A stretch of DNA of 64,000 nt, taken from the NCBI GenBank assembly GCA_023213395.1, contig CM041465.1:79553741-79617740 (forward strand). The letters are read 5' to 3'. Shown here in pieces: positions 13,399 to 26,700 of the stretch (position 1 is its first letter; each line of letters opens with the position of its first letter). The notes below the pieces were generated by a model, which was given only the letters and a program-made list of their open reading frames with translations, had not been told where the DNA came from and did no database searches. Position numbers and translations under genes: made by a program. This DNA comes from Cycas panzhihuaensis (taxonomy: Eukaryota; Plantae; Cycadophyta).

Positions 13399-14191
13399 TG
13401 TGTATAGACCCAATGGTACATAGAAAGCCAACTATCCAATCAGGCCTACAACAATGAGACTTTTTTAAGACAATGTTCAAACCCCTCCCATCCCATGTAC
13501 ATATACATATTGTTCCATCCTTATTTATAATATTTCAATGGTTTCAACCATCGTTGGTTACAATTGATAACAACTAACAATGGTTGGCTCTTTACATCAA
13601 TTTGTGTTCAAAAGTACATCTAGATTAGTCTTGGATTGTAGCCCTTAATTTTGATCTACTTGTAATTATATTCAGACTGCGATCTACTCGTACTTGCGGC
13701 CCTAACTGCGATTAACTCGTACTTGCACCCCTGACTGCGATCTGCTTGCAATCACAACCCAAACTGCAATTTGCTTGCAACTACGACCCAAACCACGATT
13801 TGCTTGCAACCACAACCTGAACTGCGATAAGCTTGCAACCACAACCCAAATTGCGATCAACTTGCAACCATGACTCAAACCGCATTCTACTTGCACTCTC
13901 AACCCCAACTATGATCAGCTTGTACTCGCGACCTAGGCTGCGATATACTTGTGACCAACTACGATCAGCTCGCAATCATGACCCTAACTGCGATCTGCTC
14001 ATACTTGTGACTCGAGTCACAATCTGCTCACAATCGCAATCTAACTCCTATCTGCTCGCAATCACTTCCCTGACTACAATCTACTCATAGCCCAAATACG
14101 ATCTACTCGTAGCCCGACTTCATCCATTTGCAGACTTACAAAATTTTAGAATTCTTTTCCAAAACTGTGTGTGCAGTTTTGCCCACACACA
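13399..14191 (-). repeat. 5' LTR (TGTGT...ACACA) with a longer tandem array
   Basis: Terminal inverted repeat tgtgt/acaca. Aligns to 6096-6802 and is ~85 bp longer, mostly from extra repeat units. Confidence 0.92.
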
Positions 14192-15338
14192 CTCCTCCAT
14201 CATCAAAGCACTAAAGATTAATTGTTACAAACTTGAAACTTACCTCTTAAAGACTACTATGTTATTTGACATTTCTAATATCCGTTGGTCATATATTCTA
14301 ATTCCTTCAAGAAAGGGCTATTACAAGATAGAAATTATCCCTTAAAATACTAAGAAATGAGAGATCTAAGTTGAAAAATGCATCTAGAGGTTATTATGTG
14401 GATGATCATGTGGATATTGAGCCAAAGCACCTCTTCTAATTATCTTTGCAGAATCTCCTAAATTGAAGATGATTATTGAGAGAATATCTTATATATATGC
14501 ATATGTTAGGGACAAAGAGTTTAATCATATTCTACTTTCACTAGTACATATGGAGGAGTTAAAAAGGCAAAGGTAAGGAGGATGTTTGTGAATCCAAGAA
14601 GAACAAGGACTCAAGAAACAAATTTAGCCACAAAAGCCAAGTGAAGAGGTTAGCTTCTTGGATAGGAAAGTGTATCAAAGGAGGTGAATAGGCATAAGTA
14701 CTTCCATCATGAACCTTGCATAGTATATGAATTATTTTCAAAAAAGTTTCATGAAGTACTTTCTCATTCCCTCTCTCTCTTATCTCTTTTATTTTCTGAG
14801 TTTAGCTAAGGTGTATAAGCACCTTAAGGGCGCAATTGGCTTGCATACAATCCCATACGATAGGCTATAGGATTTGTATAGCTCTAAAACATAGCCATAT
14901 GGCCATCCTCATGAGATGCCATATGGCTCTCAATAAAGACCATATGATTGCTCATTATGACAGTTGTACAAGAAGCCTTGTAGCTAGCCATAAAGGTCAA
15001 TGCCATTGCTTTCTAAGTTTATCTAAATTTTGATTTCCCCATAATAGTTTGGCTCGTGTTAATATAGGTTGGTCATACATATGGCTTCCTTGACACAATG
15101 AAATGTAGTCATCATATCATAAAAACTACTAATTTTCTTGCTAGAGATGGTAGTTCTTGAAACCACATCTCTTGTCTTCTCAAAGTCATCCCCTTACATG
15201 CCATTGGAAGTGAGATGGTTTTCCCATTGTGGGTAAGAATGAAGGTCCTCTTCTACTAAGTTTGTAAACATCCCATGACATAAATCCATCAGCATCAAAG
15301 CCATGCAAAGTCAAACAGTCCCTCGCTAGGGGATTACA

Positions 15339-16370
15339 TGTTTTCTACTATTTTAAACTAATTTATTATTTAAGTACAAAAATAAACGAATAAAGTAGAA
15401 CAATAATAATAGAGGTACAACAATATAGATGGCAAAGTGCATCAATAATAAATGAATTATAACAAAAATAAATGATAGTACAACACTAATAATGCAATTA
15501 TAACAATGATAAATGGAGGTACAATAATGTTAAATGATGAAAATCTAATACTACAACATGAATAAATGAATTATAGTGGAAATAAATAATAATGCAATAG
15601 TAATGAAGTGACAATGGTGATAAATGGAGGTACGATAGCATGAAATGACATAATTCTAAAAGTATAGTAGTAATTAATAGATAATGAGAGATACAACTAT
15701 AGTAAGTTTAGGACTAACTAAAATTGACTTACAAATGCAAATACTAATTAATGTTAAACAATATCCAACTTGTTTGATCTTAGCCCTTTTCAAGGAACGG
15801 TATCTCCAAGGATTTCACAACCTTCCAAAATAAGAGAAGACCAAAACCCCAAAAAATGATTTGGCCAAATGACCACACAGGTCCCTTGTATAAGTGACAT
15901 TGTGTACAAGTTGGCTTCAAGCTAATTAGTTACCCATTTCTAGGTGAAATCAGTCTAAAGCTCATTAATTTCCCAGTTCTAGGTAAAGTCCATCTCAAGC
16001 CAATTAATTACCCATTTCTATATGAATTGGCCTCACTAATAGTAAGCCAGTCTCATAAGCAAAGTCTTCCCTTACTTGACATGCTTTGCCCTCACAGAAT
16101 AGGAACTTGTGGATTCTATTAACACCATGCTTCATCTTCCCATGTTGCATCCTCAACTTCCATATTCCTCCATTTGACCAAATATTCATTGATTTACATA
16201 GTTTGTAGTTGTTTATTTTGGGTATCAATAATTCCTTGTGGCTCTACAATAAGCAATTCCCCCTCATCTAGCTTAGAAAGGGCTAATTATGGCACTAGAT
16301 TTTCTCCAAATTTTCCTTTCAATGTAACACACCAGAAAAGTTTATGTATTTTTATTGTAACATTAAGTGG
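15339..16370 (-). mobile_element. 3' end of a chromovirus: integrase tail with chromodomain, PPT and 3' LTR (~15339-16061)
   Basis: Minus-strand INEYLVKWRNMEVEDATWE at ~16135-16195. PPT rc gggaagactt at 16062-16071. The LTR holds ~114-bp and ~39-bp degenerate repeats; its left boundary is uncertain. Confidence 0.7.
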
Positions 16371-16459
16371 CACCATGTATTACTATTGTAGCATTGAACT
16401 TAGGTGTGTAAAAGAGACAATGTCTGGTGGAAGAAGTTATGACTTCTGAGAGGGATATT

Positions 16460-17213
16460 TATAAGACCCTCAAGGGGTAACTCTTAACTCTTCACCTCAC
16501 TAGTGACTATTCATTTCATATGGTGAAGGTGACCCTTGACTCTTCATCTCCCTAATGGCTTTTCACTTCATTTCTAGTGACCTTTCTTGATGCCATTTCA
16601 AGTAATATTTAAGAAGTGAGTTAGAATGGAGGGCAATTTTTGAGCATGAGTTCTTTAATGTTAACTTCTATGTATGCATTTGTAAGGAGAGCCACCCCAA
16701 AGTAAGCCAAAGGATTCCACCTAAAGGAGGTTGTTGCATGTAGTTCATTTGTAAAAGTTGTGTATAGTGTTGTTGGTTGGCATTGATGTGTCCAAACAAA
16801 TCCAATAGTGGAACCAGTACCTCTAGTAGATTCACTTGTACAATGTGATGTTAACAGGTTCACACGGTTAATGGGTTGGGCTAACCTCTGGCTGTAGTTT
16901 GGATGTGAAATGCTTTGTGGTGGAAGTGATCTCATTCCCACCCTCAACGATGGTATTGCTTGACTTTCTTTGGTGTCTGGTTTCCTGCTTATTCACTCTT
17001 ATATACTCAACAAGATTCTCTCACAATTTCTTATATTCTAATTTCCTCTCTTAAAAATACATTTGTTATGAAATATGGAATATTGATAGGAGAATATTTT
17101 ATATTAGTGAACTTGTAATTTGGAAATTACATTCTCTGAAGATTGGATTTTAATTAGCAAGAAATTTCAACATCATAAGACTTTTATATTGTTCACTTTT
17201 ATGGGCTATAACA
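16460..17213 (+). repeat. LTR flanked by both a PPT and a tRNA-iMet PBS
   Basis: gagagggatat at 16448-16458; termini t(a)taagaccc / gggctataaca; tggtatcaaaac at 17216-17227. Confidence 0.65.
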
Positions 17214-17252
17214 TTTGGTATCAAAACCTAGTTGATGAGTATTACTCATCCA

Positions 17253-20003
17253 TATGTCATGACACTATGTAACGAAATATGTAAATTATTATACTTGTAT
17301 GTAAAATAGTATGTTTGTCAACTAAGTAATCAATTAGTTGGTTAGAGAATAGTTAGTAGGTTACCAAACTAACACACGCAATTAGTTAGCTAAGTTTTCA
17401 ATTAGTTAGTTTTTAAGTCCTAGATATAAATAAGAGGAACCTTATTATACAAGTATCATGTAAGCATGTTCTTTTGAATGCAAGAGAGGAAAGCATTTTT
17501 AGTCTCCAATTTGTTCCTGCTCTCTCCATTTGTTGTTTTGCGCCCTTTTCTTTCTTTTTCTAAAGCACATTTGAACTCATACAAGCCAATAGGCTCCTTA
17601 TTCTACTCTCAGTATTCTTTTGCTTCCAAGAAAGGGGTAATTCACGTCCTCAAGGAGTAATTCCAATGTTGAATCATTGAAGATCACTCTTTTTTACTGG
17701 ACATGACACATCGAGTGGTATCAGAACATAACACAAACCTATACAGAACTATTCAATACGACCTTTTGACCTGCTATACTTCTTCCTTTTAGACTTTTGT
17801 TGCATTCCTTCTTTTTGATCTTTTTCAAAATGTCTTGAAGCAAAAAAGAGTACTTTAGCAAAGAGGAAGAGGGTCTCGAGATCAACAGACCCTACTCAAA
17901 AGTTTTATGATGCTCTGTACACTAAGGTGCAATTGATGAACAACATGATAATATTGCTCTAGCAAGTCATGGCACAACATACGTAGCAACAATAGGTTCC
18001 CATTTCCATTTTGCTCCAACCTCAGTTCAAGTTGGATGTGAAAATCTCTATTCCAAAGTTCAATGGCTCCATCAATGTTGAGGCTTTGGATGGATGGTTT
18101 CAAAGCCTTGAGGCATATTTCAAGTGCTAGAATCTCATCAATGAACAGAAGATCTCTGTGGTAGAGATACATATCACTATTCAAACACTAGTATGGCGGC
18201 AAACCCATACTAGAAATTTGCCTGCACATCAGAGACAAGCCATGACCCAATGGAACAAATTCAAGTAAGCTCTTAGGGACAAATTCTGCCTACTTAGATA
18301 TAAGGATGATCAAATGAAGAAGTGGTTGCACATTTGTCAGCAACTTGAACAATTTGTACAATAGTATATCAACACTTTCCACAAGTTGTCCATTATGCTC
18401 GAGGTAACTATTAGAGAAGACATGCTTAAATTGAAGTTTCTAGGAGAACTATCTTTGTATCTACAAAGGGAGATGGAGCTATTGTATATCACTTAGTTGG
18501 ACTAAGCTTTCTATTTCACTCTCAAGATGGAAAGAAGAATGCAAAGGAAGACACCTCCACAGTAGTGACAACCAACAATTCAGCACAAACAACCCTTCCA
18601 CCAAAGAAAGGGAAGCTTCAGGAGGAGTAATCTTAATCCCCAATGACAAATAGACACTCCTCTAGTGCCATCTCAAAACTTTCCCGCAGCCAAGAAGAAA
18701 GAAAGGAAGTATTACAACTATCACAAGTCCTACAACCACTCTAATGAAGAATGACTAAAGCAAAAAGGCCAACCCAAAGCCAAAATCTTGGTAGTAGAAG
18801 AGATTGCCAAAGAAGGCACATCAGGTATAGCAGATGAGGACTCCACATTGTTGGTTACCAGCCAAATGGTGACCAATCCTCATTTGGTGTTGATGACAAA
18901 GAACTACCTCATTGTGAAAGGGAAGCCCTGTTTACTCAAAACTACCAAATTAAAGATCATATTGTGTTATGCATTATAGATAATGGCAGTATGAGGAACT
19001 TTATATTAAATCAACTAGTTAGGGATCTTAATCACCCCACAACCTCACATCCTTCTCCCTATAACCTTGGTTGGGTCAAACAAGGAGGACCTCACACTTG
19101 GGTAGATAAAATTCGTATTGTACCTTTTGTTGTAGATCCTTTTGTGGACATAGTCACTTGTGATTTAACACCCATGGATTGTTGCAAGCTCTTGTTGGGA
19201 TGACCTTATCAATATGATAGGTATGCAATATATGATGGATACAAAAACACATACAAATTGTACAAATGGCAATAGGCATACGAACTCATCTCCTCAACAT
19301 CTTAGATCCCTATAGCCGCAAGTTCACAAGCCAATAATCTTGCTAATGCTACTAAACAGGGCATTGTCCTAGTTGTAAGACAGGTAGAGGACACCCTTGT
19401 AACGAGATCTAACACCATTCATCCCAACATGTAGGAAATGCTTCAAGAACACACTAATGTATTCAACACACCTTATGGGCTTCCACCTAAGAGGTCTATT
19501 CAACTCACATAGATTTTCTCCTAGGAGCCACTTTGCCTAATGGACCTTTGTATCGCACTTCAGTTCTAGAGTGTGAAGAATTGAAGTGCCAACTCATAGA
19601 TCTCATAAAGAAAAGTCAAATTCAGTCAATTTCTTCCCTTGCAATTCATTAGTGCTACTAGTGCCTAAAAAGGAAGGCGTATGGAGACTTTGCATAGATT
19701 ATAGAGCATTTAATCGCATCACAATCAAGAACTAATATCCATTTCTCTAGATAAATGACTTGATGGATGAGCTACAAGGGGAACAATATTTCACCAAGAT
19801 AGATTTGACATCAGGGTGTCATCAAGTTCATCTAGAGCCTTTCAATGTCTAGAAGATTGCCTTAAAGACTCGTTTTGTACTTTATGAATAGATAGTCATG
19901 CCCTTTGGGCTAACCAATGCCACAACTATCTTCATGAGGTTAATGAATTACCTCCTTTGTCCTTACCTCTAGATGACATAGTGGTTTATAGTCAAACATG
20001 GAC
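17253..20003 (+). mobile_element. Gypsy element (CRM-like gag/PR), 5' half, truncated in RT
   Basis: LTR ~17253-17710 and PBS tggtatcagaac 17716-17727. IIDNGSMRNFI...HPSPYNLGWV...CDLTPMDCCKLLLG; WRLCIDYRA; MPFGLTNA; DDIVVYS just before a copia LTR at 20004. Confidence 0.88.
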
Positions 20004-21195
20004 TGTGGTGCACCCACAATAAATTATAACATAAAATATAGTACACTATAAATCATGCAGAAAATAACATCTCAACATACATAACATCAATTATTTTAGT
20101 AGTAAATTAGAGAAATAATAGATGTTGGAGAGAGGGTACCATTATGCATATGAATCATCTAAATATCAACAAATCAATATACACAAATCCATCCACAAAG
20201 TACACAAAGATATGGCAAGAGGAAAACCCCTATAGGGGAGAAAAAAACACCTCATAATAATATAATTTATTATAATAAAAATGGAAATACACGTGGATCT
20301 CATCCTCTACTTGACTAGCTAGCCTCCTGAGATTTCAGCACTCACATAATCAACATAGCCAACATTACATTGTAGATTCTCGAATAATTATTCAAGAAGA
20401 TAGGTAAAGGTTTGTTGAAATGGACAACCGTCCATTTCACCTAACTTTTAGTAATTATCAATTAAATACATTAATAATTAAACTTTAGATAACATTATAC
20501 TTTATAAAGATTATTTCTAACATCCCCCTTTAATGTTATCTTTAGTACAATAGAGAATGTAGAAGATGATGAAGACTTCAGCACGTCAATCCCCATTTGA
20601 TGAAGACTTCATTAATCTTTAATAGCTCTCATAATTTGACAAATTTAACTTTTGTCAATGGATTTATTAATAAATTAGCAATTTACAAATTTATAAAACA
20701 ATAAGACAAATTAATAATATTATCATTTACAAGATTACAAATAAAATGTTGATGTAATTCTATGTGTTTAGTTCTAAAGTGTGCTACAGGATTAGTGGCT
20801 ATAGAAATTACACCTTGATTATCAACATTTATTTGAATAGAAGAGTCAAAAAACAAACCAAGTTTATTTAATAGAGCTTTAATCCAAAGAAATTCCTTGC
20901 TAACTTCTATCAAGGCTTGAAATTCGGCTTCAGTCATAGATAACGCCAATGATCGCATCTTTTTGCTGGACCAAGTTATAAGTGAAGAGTCAAGGAAAAA
21001 GATATAACTAGTTGTGGATTTTCGATCATCAAAATCTCTTACCTAATCAGAATCTGCAGAACTTGGTTAATTTCAAATTAGTATTATAGAAATTATATGT
21101 TAGGCCATAATATATTGTACCTTGTATATATTATAGAATTCGTTTAGCTTCCTTCCAATGTGATTCATGAGGTTTTTGCATATATCTAGAACACA
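20004..21195 (-). mobile_element. Copia element A, 3' part (RT end, RNase H, PPT, 3' LTR 20004-20522)
   Basis: ALSMTEAEFQA...VDNQGVISIATNPVAHFRTKHIE; SRYMQKPHESHW; PPT tccccctt at 20523. Confidence 0.88.
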
Positions 21196-23719
21196 AGGCT
21201 AGGTACACATGACTGGTACCGAAGATCTACTTGAGGAGACACGTCCAATAAGGGCACAAACTATTACATTTGGAAATAATTTCACATATGATGTGACCAA
21301 GATTGGAAGGGCCCCCATTGCTCTAAAGGATTCAAACATCCTCCATCACATCAACAATACCTTCCTTATACCTAGCATGAAAATGAACCTTCTATCAATT
21401 AGTCAGATGGACAAGAAGAACCTAGACGTTCTCTTCAGCCAAGGTGTGTACACCATTACATGTCATGCCACCGGTCAACTAATAGCCACAGAACATGAGG
21501 ATAGTGGGCTATAAAAACTTGACGGAGTTCCCCTCACCACTAGTCCAAGACAAGAGCCCTATTCCATAGCACAAAATAATCACCTTGATAAGGAGAAAGC
21601 AATCATAGTTAAAGACCCACCTCTTGAACAAGTTCAAGGTGAATGTTCATATCATGAAGAGAAATCCACCTCCCCAAATCACCAAGGACCAACTATGACA
21701 CCAACGCCTCGGTCACCTAAATATGTAGAGTCTAAACCTCATGTATAGGCTACATATGGTGCATGGATTACCAAAGATTAAAAGAAACAACTATATTTGT
21801 TCTATTTGGCAAGTAGCATAAAGAGCCATTCTTATCAAATAAAGCATGATGAGCCTCAGAACCATTACGATTAGTCCACTCAGATATTTGCGGGCCCATG
21901 TTAGTTCCTTCACTCAACAAGAACCGATTTTTCATGACCTTTATTGATGACTATTCCATGAAAGTATGGGTCTACTTCCTTAGGAATAAATTTCAAGCCT
22001 TTGAGAAGTTCAAAGAATTTAAGGCTAAGATGGAAAATGAAACCGGCATGAATATCAAGGTGCTTAGATTTAATAATGGAGGAGAGTATACATCTAATCA
22101 GTTCATCAATATCTGTAGACAATCTGGAATCAAACGCCAATTTTCGGCCCCATGTACATCTCAACAAAACGGTGTATAAAAAGGATGAACCAAACATTGG
22201 TGAACAAGGCAAAAACCATGTTGAGTGCTGCTAAACTTGCTAGTCAGTTTTGGGCCGAAGCCATATCAACTGCTGCTTATCTCACCAATAGAAGTGCCAC
22301 AGTAGAAATTAGAGACATCACTCATGAGGAGGCTTGGTCAGGCCAAAAGGCTACAGTCTCTCACCTACAGACATTCGATTGCACAACTTACAAATTAATC
22401 CCCAAGGAAAACAGGAAGAAACTAGATGATAAAAGCCTAAAGTGCATCTTCTTTGGTTATGTACCCAGATGCAAAGCCTACAAAGTATATGACCTTGTTG
22501 GAAACCATGTGTATACCACTCAAGATGTCATATTTGATGAAGATACTTTGAACTTGAACCCTTCACAAATTCAATTTATAGTAGATGAAGATGTCGGTGT
22601 AACTGAAGTGCCTCTTGTACCAATTCTTAAGCCACCATCACCCACATCATTCTACACACCAAGTCCATATTTGGTTCTAACAGCTTTAACATCCACTTCA
22701 GATGCTACCACTATAATGCCACTTATATTAGTTGATGATCTTCAGGTGGAGGTCATTAGTATTCAAAAACCTCCTAAGTGGCTACAACAACTGATAAAAG
22801 ATGCACCTCCTCCTTCCACAATTCCCAAAAGAGAGTCTAATATGAGGCACTCAACCAACTATGCCTTAATGGCACATGTCCTTAAGACTTTTGAACCTTC
22901 CACATTGGAGGAGGCAATCCAAGACCAAACGTGGAAAGAAATAATGAATGAAGAAATGAACTCTATCCTTAAGAATGATACATGGGATTTGACAAAACTA
23001 CCACCTGAAAAGAATCTGGTTGATTGTAGAAGGCTTTACAAAACCAAATTTCATGCCAATGGCCCTATTGAGTGTCATAAAGCTCATTTGGTATTAAAAA
23101 GCAGCTTCCTGAATGGAAAGCTCACAAAAGAAGTTCTCTTGAGGCAAATTGTCAACGACTTTATCGACCGTCTGTACTGACCGTTAAGGACCAAATGGCA
23201 GATATCTTCACTAAAGCACTTGAGAGATCAAAGTTCGAATGATTTCGACATGACCTCGGCATCATGAAAAACATAGTTGTCGTTAAGGGAAGATGTTAAA
23301 ACATTTATCGACACCTCTTGTATAAATGTATTTTTTATGTATCATGTACCAAATGTCACAAAGGGTGTACCCCTTTTTGTAAATCAAATTGTAATTTAGA
23401 ATTATGTTGGGTCTGCCCAATTGCCGAATAATGGGGTAATAACATTGGCCTGTTATGTCAACCAATCACATTCATATATTTCAGGTTTCAAATGCTTATA
23501 AATTAAGCACGATCCCTATTCTTTGTACATTGTGTTTTTCACACAGTGAAGTCCTACCAAAATTGAGAACAATCGTTCCAAGCAATTTGGTGATCGCACT
23601 TTAATGCATTTAGTGTGTATTGATCTAGAGTTTTTCTTTGTTTTCTACTTTACTATTGCATGCATATATGATTTATGATCCTGCTCTCTAATTTAGCAAG
23701 AAGATGGTTCATCAAAACA
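21196..23719 (+). mobile_element. Copia element B (PR, INT, RT almost wholly deleted, RNase H tail, PPT, 3' LTR 23294-23719)
   Basis: HMTG; LVHSDICGP; FIDDYS; QQNGV; KLDDKSLKCIFFGY; EEMNSILKNDTWDL; QMADIFTKAL; PPT ttaagggaaga at 23283-23293. Confidence 0.9.
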
Positions 23720-26700
23720 AAATTTGGGGCTCTATATAATGACTTACCACCTGAGAGTTTAGGGAAGAATTAATAGATCACCGAATTAGGATAGGAAGAA
23801 ATCTGGCTACTATTGGGTTGGGAGGTAAGAGATTCCCTCTTGAAGCAAGTTCCTTGGGGTTGGCCTTGTATTCCTGAATTAATTCTTGTATCCATTTGGG
23901 GATGGCTATGGAGATAACTTGTAAGGGGTGATTTTTTGGGATCCTGGATAGTCCATTGGCCATGACATTCTCTTTACCCTTCTTGTAGATAATATTGAAA
24001 TTGAACGATTGAAGTTTGTTTACACACTTTTGTTGCTTGTCTGATAAGGTTTTTTGTTTTATGAAATATTTGAGACTATCGTGGTCAGTTTTGACTACGA
24101 ATTTATTACTAAGCAGGTATTGTCGCCATTGGTGTATGGTGTGCATGATTGCTAACATTTTCTTTGTAGATAAGTTTTAATTACTCCCTAGAATTTAGCT
24201 TACGACTTTTGTATAGTAAGGGTCAATCGTTTTGGAGTAATATTGCTCCTACTCTAACTCTTGATGCATCACATTCCAAGGCGAATGGGCGGTTAAAGTT
24301 TGGTATTGTGAGAACAAGTGCAGTTATCATTGCATTTTTTAGTGCTTGGAAGGCCTCTTTTTCTAGTTCTCCCCATGTGAATACATCTTTCTCTATTAAA
24401 TCGATTAGGGGTGCTACAATGTAGGTGTATCCCTTGATAAATAATCATAGGAATCTTGTTGCACCTAAGAATCTTCTTACTCCAGTTATGTTTTTGGGTG
24501 GGGACCAGTTGATAATTGCTTGGATCGTTTTTGGATCCATCTTGATGCCTTCTTAAGTGATGATGTGTCCTAAGTATTTTAGTTTAGTTTGGTCAAAGGT
24601 GCATTTGGCTTTATTTCCAAAGAATTGGTTTTCAACTAAAATTTACAATATGGCTTGGATGTGTTCTAAGTGCTCTTACCAAGTTTGGTTATACATTAGG
24701 ATGTTGTCAATGAACACCAACATAAATTTGTGTAAGGAGGATTGTAGAATTTGGTTCATAATGCTCTCGAATGTAGCCAAGGTATTGGTCAAGCTAAATG
24801 GCATAACCAAAATTCAAATAGCCCCTTGTAGGTTTGGAATGCAATTTTGTAGACATCTTCTCCCTTAATGTGGATCTGGTGGTATTCTAAACATAGGTTG
24901 ATCTTTGAAAAGAATTTGGCTCCATGTACCTCATCGAGTAGGTCATCTATTTGTGGAATAGGTCATCTATTCTTGATGGTGAGTTTGTTGAGTTCTCTAA
25001 AGTCAATGCACATATGGTATGATCCATCTTTTTTTTGGCTTAGTACTACTGGTGATGCGAAGGAGCTTGAGTTAGGCATAATATACCCTTCTTGTAAGAG
25101 TTCTTGGGTTATGCATTCAATTAGTTTTTTGAAGTGGTGCAGGTACTGGTATGGTTGGATATTTACTAGCATTGATCCTAGTTCCAATTCTATGGGATGT
25201 TTAGATCCTCAGCTTGGGGATCACCCTTGGGGTTCTTCAAAAACTTAGCTATATTGGTTTATGAGTGCTTGACCTTATGGGGGCTGTTTCAACCACAATT
25301 TAATAGTAGGTCATTAGGTATGAAGTCAAGTTCTTTTCCAGTAGTTTCTCCATTCAGTATGATGTTACTAGTTGGGATGGTGGTGAAGGTGGGGCCTGTA
25401 ATCTATATTTGTGCCCTTTCTAGTGAATGCTCATGAAACGATTGTTGTAGTTAGTAACAAAGTTTCCTAGGTTTTGTAGCCATTTTATGTTGAGTACAAT
25501 ATCTACTCTCTCTATTTGCATTGCAAACATGCAAGTACTGGTGGCATAGTCTACGATTTGTAAGTGTACCTTCTCATAGTATCCCTTACATGGCATGTTG
25601 TTTCCATTGGTGATGGGGACTTAGAATATGTTAAGGGGTTGTAGGGGGAGGCCTTATTTGATAGCTATTGGCCTGTCGATAAAGTTATGGGTGCTACCAC
25701 TGTCAACTAAGATTGATATCTTAGTATTCTTGACCATTCCCTCAAAACATAATGTTTGCGGTGTGTTAACTTCCCCAATAATAGCTTGGAGTTATATTTG
25801 TGCATTTTCCCCTTCAATTTCCTTTAGTAGGTCCTGAATCTCAGCTTCCTCATCGATTGGTAGTTGCTCTTCTTCTGAATTATCTTCATATGGGATCTCT
25901 ACCTCTTCATTGTTGACCATGAACGCTTTCTTTGACGGCCATTTATGATTGCAACTCCATTTCCCTCCATAGTCAAAGCAAGATCCTCTCCTTGCGTGTT
26001 CTGCTTTGGATAGCTTAGTTAGTTCATCTCCCTTGTCTATGAGTGAAGGTTTGGTTTTGGTTCATAACCTATTCTAGTTTGGTTGGTAGATTTGGATTGA
26101 GGAGGCTTGGCCTTAGTACCTAGGTTGTTCATTGTGTTGAACGTAACCTTGTAAGGATTCTTGAAATTTGACCTCAACATTTCTAGCTTGGCATATTACT
26201 TTACTTAGGCATTGAACTACCATTGTTTTAAGGTGAAATTTAAGAGGTAGTTTAAGTCTAGTGATATATGTTTCTACTAGTTGTTTGCATTTGATGTCAG
26301 TAGAGACCAAACTTTGTAAATTCTAAAATTATTTAGAGTAGGCTTGTACCGAGCCGATTTGTTGTAATCTCCTGAGTTATGCAAAATAATATGTCTTCCA
26401 TGGGTCCTCATATTGTTCTATTAGGGATGCTTTCAAAATTTCTAGTTGTAGTGTTTGGAATTTTAGTAGATGTTGTTCCACTAGTGAAACCATTTTAGAG
26501 TTTTTTCATATAGATGTAGGGAGGTTGCTAGAATTTTATCTTTGTCGATACTGGGGTTCAATAGATAGTACACATCCATTTGGATTATCTAGATTCAGAT
26601 GCCTTTAAATCTTTCTAGGTCAATTTTTTCTAGGAGGGATTTTGCATTCCTGAGGCCAAAATCTTTTCTACCCTTTTCATCATATTTGTTCTCCTCTTGT

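Larger units (their letters stand above)
6096..14191 (-). mobile_element. Ty3/gypsy non-chromovirus (Athila/Tat-like) LTR retrotransposon with two LTRs, degenerate
   Basis: Homologous LTRs at 6096-6802 and 13399-14191. PR, RT, RH and INT motifs lie on the minus strand, with an extra 3' ORF region. A PPT-like tract (rc agggcaga) sits at 6803-6810. No TSD: the left LTR appears to lack ~4 terminal bases. Confidence 0.92.

Noticed and set aside
13640-14125. CRISPR-like appearance of short repeats
   Set aside because: The units are degenerate and adjacent with no unique spacers, there are no cas genes, and the context is a eukaryotic LTR.
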